A DNA stretch of 64,000 nucleotides from positions 5,553 to 69,552 of the forward strand of contig CAMDQT010000018.1 of the NCBI GenBank assembly GCA_945906305.1. The letters run 5' to 3'. Source of the stretch: Ferrithrix thermotolerans DSM 19514. GTDB taxonomy: Bacteria; Actinomycetota; Acidimicrobiia; Acidimicrobiales; CAIXPF01. The notes beneath the pieces were generated by a model. It did not search any database and was not told the origin of the DNA. It saw only the letters and a program-made list of their open reading frames with translations. Within the stretch, counting starts at the first letter, position 1; each line of letters starts with the position of its first letter. Position numbers and translations under genes: made by a program. Below, in pieces: positions 39,371-48,911 of this stretch.

Positions 39371-40648
39371 GTGGCCGGGCTCGGTGCCGGCCCCGGGCGG
39401 GAAGGCAGCGTCGTGCAAGCAGAGGAACGACTTGTGCCAGACTCCGCGGCCGCTCCGGAACGCATGCTGGAAGGGGTTCGGGTTCTGGACTTCACCCAGT
39501 ATCTCGCCGGTCCATCCTGCACCCGGTTGCTGATGGAACTTGGGGCGGAGATCATCAAGGTGGAGTTGTTGCCCGATGGTGATCCGACGCGACGGCTCAA
39601 CCCCCAACGCAACGGCATGGCGGTGCTGCACGCCCAGCAGAATCGGGGCAAACGCAGCGTTGCGCTCGATGTGCGTCAGCCGGAGGCCCTCGATGCCTTG
39701 CGTCGCATGGCCCGCACCGTGGACCTGGTGGTGGAGAACGGAACACCCGGCCTCATGGCCCGCCGCGGCTTGGGTTACGAGGATCTGTCTGCCGCCAACC
39801 CGCGCCTGATCTACGTTTCCGTGAGCGGATTCGGGCAGACCGGTAGCTATGCGCATCGTTCGTGCTTCGATTTCATCGCCCAAGGTATGTCGGGGGTGAT
39901 GCACATGACCGGTGATTCCCAGGGCCCACCGTATTTCGTGGGCATCGGGCTTGGGGACACCAATGCTGGGGTGCATGCCTTCGCCGGGGTGGGTTTCGCC
40001 CTCTACCAGCGTGACCGCACGGGCCGCGGCACCCACATCGATGTGTCCATGGTCGACGCGTTGTTCCACATGCAAGAAAACGCCGTGTCCGCGGTGTCGG
40101 CTACCAACGGCGCGTTCGTACCCATGCGCCAGGGCCTGCACTATCAGCCCGCCTCGCCCGCCGGCACATTCAGAGGTCCCCAGGGCTGGATCGTGGTGCT
40201 CTGTATGCCGAACCAGATCGACTGCTTGTGGGCCGCTATGGGCCGGCCGGACCTGGGCCAAGATCCGCGCTTCGCCGAGTTTGAGGCCCGCATTGCCAAC
40301 CGGGAGGCGTTGACCTCGGTTATTGAGGACTGGATGGCCACCTTCAGCACTGACGAGGAATTGCTTCAGGTGCTGGAGGTCAACCGAGTGCCGAGTGGGC
40401 CGGTGCTCAGTCCCGCCGATTGCCTCGACCATCCGTGGTTTCGCGAGCAGGGCTCAGTGCGTGAAATCGATGACGGTGAGGGCGGCACGTTCGCCGTACC
40501 CGGCTTCCCATTACGTTTCGGGGGAGTGCGCCCTAATCGGACGGTCTTGGCGCCGCAGTTCGGCGAGGACACGGTCGAGGTCCTGGCGTCGTTCGGCCTC
40601 AGCGCCGCGGAGATCGCCATCCTTCGGCCCGGGTCAACATCGCACTGA
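39371..40648 (+). CDS. Family III CoA-transferase
   Basis: VLDFTQYLAGP, NRGKRS and GLGD motifs. Leaderless GTG (alternative start further downstream). Confidence 0.9.
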   Translation: MAGLGAGPGREGSVVQAEERLVPDSAAAPERMLEGVRVLDFTQYLAGPSCTRLLMELGAEIIKVELLPDGDPTRRLNPQRNGMAVLHAQQNRGKRSVALDVRQPEALDALRRMARTVDLVVENGTPGLMARRGLGYEDLSAANPRLIYVSVSGFGQTGSYAHRSCFDFIAQGMSGVMHMTGDSQGPPYFVGIGLGDTNAGVHAFAGVGFALYQRDRTGRGTHIDVSMVDALFHMQENAVSAVSATNGAFVPMRQGLHYQPASPAGTFRGPQGWIVVLCMPNQIDCLWAAMGRPDLGQDPRFAEFEARIANREALTSVIEDWMATFSTDEELLQVLEVNRVPSGPVLSPADCLDHPWFREQGSVREIDDGEGGTFAVPGFPLRFGGVRPNRTVLAPQFGEDTVEVLASFGLSAAEIAILRPGSTSH

Positions 40649-40707
40649 GAGCGATCGGTAGCCGCGCTGGTTTGGTTCGGTGAGTTGTCCGCGTTGGAGG
40701 GTCAGGC

Positions 40708-41202
40708 ATGGGTTTCGTACATATCGATCACATCGGTCTTGTCGCGTCGAGCATTGAGCAGGCCCGCCAGGTGCTTGGCGATGCGCTCGGTCTCGAACTC
40801 GATGAGGGCCGCTCGAACTGGCCCCAGGGCAGCTATTTCGCTCCCGAGCAGACCCACAACTTTTTCTTCCAGGTCGGCGGCGGCGAGACCCAGGTTGAAG
40901 TCCTTATCCCCGAGCCCGATGCCACCAGCGGCGCGGCCCGGTTCCTCGAACGCAAAGGCCCCGGCCTGCACCATCTGTGTTACGCCTGCGAGGACGTCCA
41001 CGATGAGGCCGAACGCCTGGTGGGCGCCGGCCTGCGGGAGATCGACCTTCCCCGGCCGCCCGAGGGCCGACGTCGGGTGGCCTTCTTCCATCCTCGCGGC
41101 GTGGGTGGGGTGCTGACGGAGTTGGTACCGGTGCGCGCCTCGCTGACCGAGGACGTGCCAAGGGTGCACCGGCACGGGTCGACGCTGCACCGCCACGCCT
41201 GA
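40708..41202 (+). CDS. VOC-family protein, methylmalonyl-CoA epimerase-like
   Basis: IDHIG, FLERKGPGLHH and FFHP..GVLTELV motifs. Confidence 0.8.
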   Translation: MGFVHIDHIGLVASSIEQARQVLGDALGLELDEGRSNWPQGSYFAPEQTHNFFFQVGGGETQVEVLIPEPDATSGAARFLERKGPGLHHLCYACEDVHDEAERLVGAGLREIDLPRPPEGRRRVAFFHPRGVGGVLTELVPVRASLTEDVPRVHRHGSTLHRHA

Positions 41203-41209
41203 GCGGTGC

Positions 41210-42037
41210 TCAGCTGCGCACCGCGGCGCCGTAGCCCCCGTCGGGGAAGATGATCTCGCCGGTGACGAAGCTCGACTCCTCACAGGCCAAGTACAGGCAG
41301 GCGTTGGCGATGTCAACCGCTTCGCCGAGCCGACGTAGCGGAGTGTGACGGATCTGCGAGTCGACCCAGGGCTGATGGGTGATGGCGGCACCGGACATGG
41401 GTGTTCTGATGTAGCCCGGTCCCACGGCGTTGACCCGGATCTTGTGACGGGCCAGCTCAAGGGCGAAGCACTTGGTCAACATCCACACGCCGGCCTTGGA
41501 CACGCAGTAGTCCGCCGAACCCATCAGCGCGGTAACTGCGGCCACCGAGGCGATGTTGACGATGGTGCCGCCACTGCCCGCGGCGGCCATTCGACGGGCC
41601 ACGGCCCGGTTGGTCAGCATCACGCCGGTGAGGTTGACGTCGATCAGCTTGTGCCAACTGTCGAGGGATTTGTCCAGCAGCAGCATGTCCGTACGGTCCA
41701 TCCGGTCCCGGCCGCGCTGCTCGTCGATCTCGCGGCTCACATAGCCCGCATGGGAGATGCCGGCCGCGGCGACGCAGGTGTCAATCCGCCCGAATGCCGC
41801 CACGGCCGCCGCGGCCATGGCCTCGCAGGACTCCTCCGAGGCGGTGTCCACCTGCACGGAATCGGCTTTGGCCCCCATGGCGATGAGTTCGGCCACGACT
41901 TTCTCGGCCCGCTCGCCATTGAGATCGGCCACCATTATGGTGGCGCCCTCCTCGGCGAAACGCAGGGCGCATCCGCGTCCGATGCCCGAGGCGCCTCCAG
42001 TGATGAGCGCTACCTTGCCGTCGAGTCGCGCGGCCAT
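41210..42037 (-). CDS. SDR oxidoreductase
   Basis: TGGASGIG and YCVSK motifs. RBS aagga. Confidence 0.9.
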   Translation of the reverse strand: MAARLDGKVALITGGASGIGRGCALRFAEEGATIMVADLNGERAEKVVAELIAMGAKADSVQVDTASEESCEAMAAAAVAAFGRIDTCVAAAGISHAGYVSREIDEQRGRDRMDRTDMLLLDKSLDSWHKLIDVNLTGVMLTNRAVARRMAAAGSGGTIVNIASVAAVTALMGSADYCVSKAGVWMLTKCFALELARHKIRVNAVGPGYIRTPMSGAAITHQPWVDSQIRHTPLRRLGEAVDIANACLYLACEESSFVTGEIIFPDGGYGAAVRS

Positions 42038-42144
42038 GGGGTGGTCCTTTCGTCTGGAGCTCCTACGGCTCGTCCCGCGGCAAGCTACCGCGCCGCTTGC
42101 CATACCGAATGGTATGGAACCGGGGGCCACGATACGCTCCAGGC

Positions 42145-42786
42145 ATGTTGCTGCCGCTGAGCCCCGACGAGTTGCTCTCCACCACCCGGTCGGTTCGCCG
42201 CCGACTCGATCTCACCCGGCCCGTGTCCCGGGCGGTGCTCACCGAATGCGCCGAACTCGCCCTGCAGGCCCCGACGGGATCGATGCGTCAAGACTGGCAT
42301 CTGGTGATCACCAATGACCGCGAGCAGTGCCGCCGGGTCGGCGAGGTCTACCGGCGTATCTGGCTCGGTATGGTCAGCCCTGAGTACCTTGAGCGGATGT
42401 CCGCCGCCGAGCCGGACCCCATCGCCCGGGCGTCGTGGCTGAGGATGATGACTTCCGCCCGACACCTGGCGGAGCACTTCCCGGAGGTCCCCGCGTTGCT
42501 CGTGCCGTGCATCGACGGCCGTCTCGACGGCGCCCCGGCCAACCTCCAAGCGCTCAAGTGGGGTTCGATCATCCAGGCGGCATGGAGCTTCATGCTGGCC
42601 GCTCGGGCCCGGGGGCTGGGTAGTTGTTGGACGACGGTGCACCTTGCTGCTGAAGCTGAGGTGGCGGAGATACTTGCTATTCCCTACGACAAGGTGCAGC
42701 AGGTGGCCCTCATCCCGGTGGCGTACACGGTGGGTACCGACTTCAAGGCAGGGGCCCGCAAGCCATCCGAGCGCTTCGTGCACTGA
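42145..42786 (+). CDS. Nitroreductase family protein
   Basis: TTRSVRRRLD, QAPTGS..Q and RARGLGSCWT motifs. Confidence 0.9.
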   Translation: MLLPLSPDELLSTTRSVRRRLDLTRPVSRAVLTECAELALQAPTGSMRQDWHLVITNDREQCRRVGEVYRRIWLGMVSPEYLERMSAAEPDPIARASWLRMMTSARHLAEHFPEVPALLVPCIDGRLDGAPANLQALKWGSIIQAAWSFMLAARARGLGSCWTTVHLAAEAEVAEILAIPYDKVQQVALIPVAYTVGTDFKAGARKPSERFVH

Positions 42787-42843
42787 AACGGCTGGTGAGC
42801 AACAGCGGTTGTTGCTCGGGTGAGGGTGTGAGAGGCTCCATGC

Positions 42844-43620
42844 ATGTGGTTACGCCTGCGCCAAATCGCCGTTGTTGCTGAAGACCTGCGTCGGGCCGCT
42901 CTCGACATCGGAGCAGTGCTCGGAGCCGAGGCATGTTTCACCGACCCGGGCGTGAAGATGTTCGGGCTGAAGAACACCCTGTGGCCGATCGGTAGCCAGT
43001 TCCTTGAGGTCGTCACCCCGATCACGGAAAACACTGCTGGGGGCCGCTACCGGCAGCGCCGCGGCGGGGATACCGGCTACATGGTGATCACCCAGGTCGA
43101 CGACGCGGCCCGCCGCCGGGCCCGCGCCGCCGAACTCGGCATCCGGGTCGCCTTTGAGCTGTCGATGCCCGAGGAAGGTCACGACGGCATTCAGCTGCAC
43201 CCTGGCGACACCGGGGGTTCGTTCTTCGAGATGGACCAGATGACCATGGCCGGAGGTGACGAACCGGGCGGTCCGTGGACCCCCGCCGGTCGAAACTGGC
43301 AGCCCTATGTCCGCACCGATCTGGTATCGGCGATCAGCGCCGCGGAGTTGCAGGCCGTGGATCCTGAGGCACTGGCCCGTCGGTGGGCCGACATGGCCGA
43401 GATCGAGGTCGGCCGCGACGCCGTAGGCAACCCGGTCGTGCCCCTCGACAATGCGTCGCTGCGCTTCGTGGAAGCCACCGACGGTCGCGGTGACGGGCTC
43501 GGGGGTATCGACGTGACCACCGTGGACCGCGACGCGGTGCTGGCGGGGGCCAAGGCCCGGGGCTGTTACGTCAACGATGAACAGGTGGCGCTCGTCGGTC
43601 TTCGGGTCTATTTGCGCTGA
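42844..43620 (+). CDS. VOC/glyoxalase-like protein
   Basis: RLRQIA, FLEVV..P, GGDTGYMVI and QLHP motifs. Confidence 0.75.
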   Translation: MWLRLRQIAVVAEDLRRAALDIGAVLGAEACFTDPGVKMFGLKNTLWPIGSQFLEVVTPITENTAGGRYRQRRGGDTGYMVITQVDDAARRRARAAELGIRVAFELSMPEEGHDGIQLHPGDTGGSFFEMDQMTMAGGDEPGGPWTPAGRNWQPYVRTDLVSAISAAELQAVDPEALARRWADMAEIEVGRDAVGNPVVPLDNASLRFVEATDGRGDGLGGIDVTTVDRDAVLAGAKARGCYVNDEQVALVGLRVYLR

Positions 43621-43693
43621 GCGCGTACGCCATAGCGGACCGCGGCCATGGAGCCAGATGGCGCTGCCCACCGTGTAGCCACGAGGAGATTGC

Positions 43694-46135
43694 ATGCTGT
43701 CCAATTTTCGGGTCCTTGACCTGACCGATGAACGCGGCCAGTTGGGCGGGTTCATCCTGCGCCAGCTCGGTGCGGAAGTCATTCTGGTGGAGCTGCCCGG
43801 GGGCTCAACTGCCCGGCAACTCGCCCCTTTCGCCGGTGATGTGCCCGGTCCCGATTCGTCGCTGCACTTTTGGGCCTACAACCGCGGCAAGCAGAGTGTG
43901 GTCGTCGATTACCTCCACGCCGCGGGCCGCGAGCAGCTACTCGAGCTGGTGCGGGGGGCCGATGTGCTCATCGAGTCGGCCGAGCCGGGCCGTTTGGCGG
44001 CTCTGGGCCTCGGCGCTGAGGCGTTGGCCGTAGTGAACCCGACGTTGATCCACGCCTCGATCACCGGGTTCGGTAGCGACGGGCCAAAGGCCGACTGGGC
44101 GGTGTCGGACCTGGTGATCCAGGCCTCGGCGGGAAATATGGTCCTCAACGGCGACAAGGACCGCGCCCCGTTGCGGGCCGGAGGGACCCTGCCCCAGGCC
44201 TATCACCACGCGGCCGCTGAGGCAGCGGGGGCCATTTTGATCGCCCTGTGGGAACGCCAAACCCGATCGGGCCTCGGCCAGCACATCGACCTATCGGCCC
44301 AACAGTCGGTGAACCAGGCCTCCCAGTCCATGATGTTGGCCTCGCCGCTCAACGCCGTGTCCACCACCCGCATCGCCGGTGGGGCAAACCTCCAGGGCAT
44401 CGACATCCAGCTGATGTGGCCCTGTAAGGACGGCCATGCCTCGGTCACCTTTCTGTTTGGCACCGGCTTCGCTCGCTTCACGCAGCGGCTGATGGACTGG
44501 GTCTGCGAGGAGGGTTTCTGCGACGAGGCGACCCGGGACAAGGACTGGGTCATGTACGCCCTGATGCTGCTCGACGGCCGTGAGGCGGTGACTGAATACA
44601 ACCGGGTGAAGCACTGCCTCACCAACTTTTTCGCCACCAAGACCAAGGCCGAGTTGCTCGAGGCGTCAATCGTGCGGCGGGTGCTGATCACCCCGGTGTG
44701 CACGACTGCGGATGTCCTGGCGAGCGAACAGCTGGAGGCCCGTCAGTACTGGGAGGATGTCTCCCACGGCGAGATGGGCACCTTTCGCTACCCCGGTGCG
44801 TTCGCCAAGTTCAGCGCCACGCCACTGGCGCCATTACCGGCAGCACCGCAACTCGGGGAGCACACCACCAAGGTCCTAGCGGCCGCTCCCCGCTCACCGC
44901 ACGTCGCGATCAAGCCCCCCCGACACCCTGCACCGAGCGGACGCCCCCTCGAAGGGGTGAAGGTCCTTGACCTGATGTGGGTCATGGCCGGTCCGGCGGC
45001 GTCGCGGGTTCTGGCTGACTATGGCGCGGACTGCATCAGGGTGGAGTCGGTCAACAAGCTCGATGCGGCTCGCACCCTTCAACCCTTCCGCGACAACGTC
45101 GGCAGCCCGGACAATTCCGGCTTGTGGAACAACATGAACGCCGGAAAGCGGGGTTTGGCCCTCGATTTGTCCAAGCACGGCGCCCTCGACGTGATTTGGG
45201 ATCTGATCGACTGGGCCGACGTGGTGGTGGAGTCCTTCTCGCCTCGGGCGATGGCCCAATGGGGATTGAGCTACCCAGAAATCAGGGCCCGCCGGCCCGA
45301 TATCATCATGTCCTCGAGCTGTCTCATGGGCCAGTACGGCCCGCTCGCCTCCATCGCGGGGTTCGGCACGATGGCGGCGGCCATCTCCGGGTTCTTTTAC
45401 CCCGTGGGTTGGCCCGACCGCTCACCATGTGGACCATTCGGGGCGTACACCGATTACACCTCGCCCCGCTGGCTGGTCGCGGCGTTGATGGCGGCGTTGG
45501 AGCACCGCAGATCGACGGGCGAGGGCCAGTACATCGATCTGTCACAGGGCGAGTCGGCCTTGGCGCTGCTCACCCCGGCCTTGCTCGAATGTTCGGTGAA
45601 CGGCCGCATCTGGGAGCGCGCCGCCAACCGCGATCTGGTGTTCGCGCCCCAGGGGGTGTACCGCACCCTCGGGGAGGATTCGTGGTTGGCCATCAGTTGT
45701 ACGAGCGATGCGGCATGGGTTGGTCTGTGTGGTGAGCTACGGCGCGCTGACCTCGCGGGGTTGAGCTTGGCCGATCGCCACGCCCGCCACGATGAGATCG
45801 ACCTCCTGATCGAGGCGGCCACCCAGAACCTTGACGGTGAGGCGCTGATGGGCCGCCTGCAAGCGCTGGCCATCGCCGCCCACATCGTGCAGAACTCGGC
45901 CGAAATAGCCGTGGACCCGCAGCTGGCGCACCGCGGCCATTGGGTGGAGGTCCCCCATGCCACGCAAGGCAGCACGGTGGTGGAGGCAAGCCGGTTCCGG
46001 CTGTCGCGCACTCCGGCCAAGGTGGCCCATGGGGGTCCGACCTTCGGCGAGCACACCTTCGAGGTACTCGCCGAGGTGCTGGGTTACGACGCTGAGCACA
46101 TTGCAGAACTCGCCGCCGCCGAACTGCTCGAATAG
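43694..46135 (+). CDS. Family III CoA-transferase with two fused repeats
   Basis: Paralog of 3330-5735 (MLSxFRVLDxTDERGQL). Asp YTDY in the C-half. Confidence 0.92.
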   Translation: MLSNFRVLDLTDERGQLGGFILRQLGAEVILVELPGGSTARQLAPFAGDVPGPDSSLHFWAYNRGKQSVVVDYLHAAGREQLLELVRGADVLIESAEPGRLAALGLGAEALAVVNPTLIHASITGFGSDGPKADWAVSDLVIQASAGNMVLNGDKDRAPLRAGGTLPQAYHHAAAEAAGAILIALWERQTRSGLGQHIDLSAQQSVNQASQSMMLASPLNAVSTTRIAGGANLQGIDIQLMWPCKDGHASVTFLFGTGFARFTQRLMDWVCEEGFCDEATRDKDWVMYALMLLDGREAVTEYNRVKHCLTNFFATKTKAELLEASIVRRVLITPVCTTADVLASEQLEARQYWEDVSHGEMGTFRYPGAFAKFSATPLAPLPAAPQLGEHTTKVLAAAPRSPHVAIKPPRHPAPSGRPLEGVKVLDLMWVMAGPAASRVLADYGADCIRVESVNKLDAARTLQPFRDNVGSPDNSGLWNNMNAGKRGLALDLSKHGALDVIWDLIDWADVVVESFSPRAMAQWGLSYPEIRARRPDIIMSSSCLMGQYGPLASIAGFGTMAAAISGFFYPVGWPDRSPCGPFGAYTDYTSPRWLVAALMAALEHRRSTGEGQYIDLSQGESALALLTPALLECSVNGRIWERAANRDLVFAPQGVYRTLGEDSWLAISCTSDAAWVGLCGELRRADLAGLSLADRHARHDEIDLLIEAATQNLDGEALMGRLQALAIAAHIVQNSAEIAVDPQLAHRGHWVEVPHATQGSTVVEASRFRLSRTPAKVAHGGPTFGEHTFEVLAEVLGYDAEHIAELAAAELLE

Positions 46136-46145
46136 CGGCGCTGGA

Positions 46146-47339
46146 CTAGCGCGGTTGGGCCGTCGTCTGAGGGTTCAACCGCAGCAGGACGAAACTGGAG
46201 CAAATACCGAGGCTGGCCGCGATGGCTAAGGTCGCGGTGTAATCCGCGGCGTCGATGGACAGGCCAATCAACGGGGGTCCGATGAGGCCGCCGATTCCCG
46301 CCGCGGTGTAGAGAAGGCCGAGGACCCCTCCTAGTCCGACGGGACCGAAGATGACCGCCGCCACTGCGGGGGACAGGGCGATGAACCCGCCGTAGGAAAC
46401 CCCGAGGACCACGGCGTAGACCACCAGCAGGGCGTAGCTCGAACCGGCGGCAATCCACAGGCCGAAGCTGGCTCCCACGGCGAAAAAACATCCTCGGTAC
46501 AGCGACATCAGTGCCCATCTGCGGGCAAGGACCCCGAATCCCAGCCGGCCGAAAACGGAACAGATGCCGATGGTGCCCACCAGCCATCCGGCCGAACCCG
46601 AGATGTGCTGTTGGGTGAGGTAGTCGTCGAGGAACACGAACGGGAGGAACAACACCAGGCTGAGCAGGAACATCGCCGTGTACAAGACCCGGAAGTCCCC
46701 GTTGCCGCGGACCACGCCCATCATGGTTGGCGCCGGCGCCGCATTGGCCGCTCGTGGCGGGCGGTTGGCACCGATGAGGGCCACGCTCATGAGCAGGCCA
46801 GTGGTGATGGCCAGGATCACGTACGTCTGGCGCCAGCCGTAGGACTCGATGAGCTGCTCCGCGAGGGGTGCGGTGATCAGCGTGCCGACGCCGATCCCGG
46901 CCACGGCGACGCCGAGGGCGCTCGTGCGCTTGGTGGCGAACCAGCCTCCTACTGCGGCCACCATCGGCACATACGCGCAGGCCGCTCCGATGCCCACCCC
47001 GAGGGCGTAGGTGACGTAGCCGACCTCGATGCTGCGCACCTGTGAGGTTGCCAGCAAGCCCGCCACCATGGCCACCGTGCCGACAGCGAGGACCTTTCGC
47101 GGTCCGATGCGATCGGCGATGCGGCCACTGACCACGCCGAGGAGAAAGGTGAGGAAGGTGGTGATGGAGAACACCAGTGCCGTCGAACTCCGGCTGCTGG
47201 CGAACTCGTCCGCCATTGGCTTGAAGAATGCGCCGAAGCTGTAGTTGATACCGAATACGGCAAAGGTCGACACGAACGTGGCCGCCACGGTGGGCCAGCC
47301 GGCGCGACTGTCGATGAGGGCCTCGGGGCCGGGGTTCAA
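46146..47339 (-). CDS. MFS transporter (monocarboxylate/OFA-like); start uncertain
   Basis: About 12 TM segments and GRIADRIGPR. TTG 47339 chosen as start. Confidence 0.85.
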   Translation of the reverse strand: MNPGPEALIDSRAGWPTVAATFVSTFAVFGINYSFGAFFKPMADEFASSRSSTALVFSITTFLTFLLGVVSGRIADRIGPRKVLAVGTVAMVAGLLATSQVRSIEVGYVTYALGVGIGAACAYVPMVAAVGGWFATKRTSALGVAVAGIGVGTLITAPLAEQLIESYGWRQTYVILAITTGLLMSVALIGANRPPRAANAAPAPTMMGVVRGNGDFRVLYTAMFLLSLVLFLPFVFLDDYLTQQHISGSAGWLVGTIGICSVFGRLGFGVLARRWALMSLYRGCFFAVGASFGLWIAAGSSYALLVVYAVVLGVSYGGFIALSPAVAAVIFGPVGLGGVLGLLYTAAGIGGLIGPPLIGLSIDAADYTATLAIAASLGICSSFVLLRLNPQTTAQPR

Positions 47340-47352
47340 GTTGTGGCCGCCA

Positions 47353-48795
47353 TCAGCCCGCGCCCTTGGGATAGAACAGACCGATGACGAGCACTGGAAC
47401 GATCCCGATGAAGGCCATGGCAAAGAAGGTGTGATCGAAACTTTCGAATGGTATTGGCTGGGCGTTGCCGAGTAGGGCCACCACAATCGCCACGCCCAGA
47501 CCGCCGCCGAGGTTGCGCACCGTGTTGAAGGTGGCATTGACCTCGCCGAACGCCGAGGGGTCCACCCCGCGTAGCGCCGCACCGTTGAGCGGTGAGAACG
47601 TAAGCCCGAACCCGAGCGAGAACAGGATCGTGGCGGGTAAGAACACGGTGACGTAATGGGGTTCAGGGCCAAACCGCCACACCATCCACAGCATGGCGAG
47701 GATCGGGAACATTGAACCAATGGAGATGAGGAGGCGCGGCCCGTGGCGGTCGGCGAGGCGTCCGGCGATGACGCCGACCAGCGCTGAACACACCGGCCCG
47801 GGGGTGATGGCCAGGCCGGCGCGCAGCAGCGAGTACCCCCAGATCTGGGTGAGGAAGAGCGGCCATACAAGCCAGATCGACAGGCCCATCATGGCCATGA
47901 ATATGTTGGCCAGGTTGGCCGACCAGACGGCGCGATTTGTGAACAGCCGCAGGTTCAACAGCGGGGCGCTATGACGTAACGAGCGCACCACGAACAGCGG
48001 AGCGAGAATCACGAACCCCGTGAACGCGGCCAGTATCGGGGGGCTGGTCCAGCCCCAGCGCGGTCCCTCGATGATGCCCAGCGCCAGCAGCCCGATCGCC
48101 GCCGTCCCCATCGGGATGCCGAGGAGATCCAGGGCCTGGCGCTCGCCGATGGGCCCAGAGTCGTGCAGCAATCGTGGCCCGACAATGGCTATCGCGGCCA
48201 CCACGGGCACCAATAGCAGGTAGACCACCCGCCAACTGGTGAGGTCCACGACGACGGCGGACAAGCTGGGTGCCGCGGCCGCTCCGAGGGAGCCGGTGGC
48301 GGCCCAGTACGCCACCGCGGAGGTGCGCCGGCTGGGCGGGAAGTCGGGCAGGACCAACGCCAGGGAGGAGGGTACGAGCAGCGCGCCGCCGAAACCCTGG
48401 ATGACCCGTCCGGCGATGAACAGCACCGACACCGGCGCCGCGGCGCACAGCAGGGACCCAGCCAAGAACACCGCGAGGCCGGTGTTGAAGATGCGCTTTC
48501 GTCCGAGCTGATCGGCGAGTCTGCCGCCCACGACCATGAAAGAGGCAAGCACGATGCTGTAGCCCGACAAGGCCCAGGCGAGGGTGGTGCGAGGGGTGGA
48601 GGCGAAGGTCTTCTCAATGGACGGAAAGGCGATGTTCGTGCCGGTCACGTTCATGGCGATGAGCATGTAGGCGGCCGCCACGGTGGCCAGCGCCAGCCAG
48701 GTCCGGGTGGGTACGGCCTCGAGGGACGGACGTGAACTCCCCTCGTCGGGCGGAGGATCAACGGTGGCGTCGGGGCGCGGCTCGCCGTCATTCAT
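47353..48795 (-). CDS. MFS transporter, DHA2 (14-TM) type
   Basis: GRLADQLGRK, GRVIQGFGGA and PLLNLRLF motifs. Confidence 0.9.
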   Translation of the reverse strand: MNDGEPRPDATVDPPPDEGSSRPSLEAVPTRTWLALATVAAAYMLIAMNVTGTNIAFPSIEKTFASTPRTTLAWALSGYSIVLASFMVVGGRLADQLGRKRIFNTGLAVFLAGSLLCAAAPVSVLFIAGRVIQGFGGALLVPSSLALVLPDFPPSRRTSAVAYWAATGSLGAAAAPSLSAVVVDLTSWRVVYLLLVPVVAAIAIVGPRLLHDSGPIGERQALDLLGIPMGTAAIGLLALGIIEGPRWGWTSPPILAAFTGFVILAPLFVVRSLRHSAPLLNLRLFTNRAVWSANLANIFMAMMGLSIWLVWPLFLTQIWGYSLLRAGLAITPGPVCSALVGVIAGRLADRHGPRLLISIGSMFPILAMLWMVWRFGPEPHYVTVFLPATILFSLGFGLTFSPLNGAALRGVDPSAFGEVNATFNTVRNLGGGLGVAIVVALLGNAQPIPFESFDHTFFAMAFIGIVPVLVIGLFYPKGAG

Positions 48796-48817
48796 CGCCG
48801 CACGGTGCTTTCCCCAT
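48788..48817 (-). CDS. Putative leaderless mini-ORF MGKAPCGDE coupled to the DHA2 MFS
   Basis: TACGGT-7nt-ATG. Its stop overlaps the MFS start by 8 nt (ATGAATGA). Confidence 0.38.
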   Translation of the reverse strand: MGKAPCGDE

Positions 48818-48911
48818 CGCAGGCACCGTACTGCGCCGTGGCACGGCCAAGGTGGTTCTGCCAGCCAGGGCCGGGGTGAGGCCTGGGTGCTAGCACCGCC
48901 GATGAGGGGCG

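Noticed and set aside
46146-47870. Apparent 574-aa or fused MFS
   Set aside because: The first ~175 aa are an off-frame reading of the upstream MFS gene.
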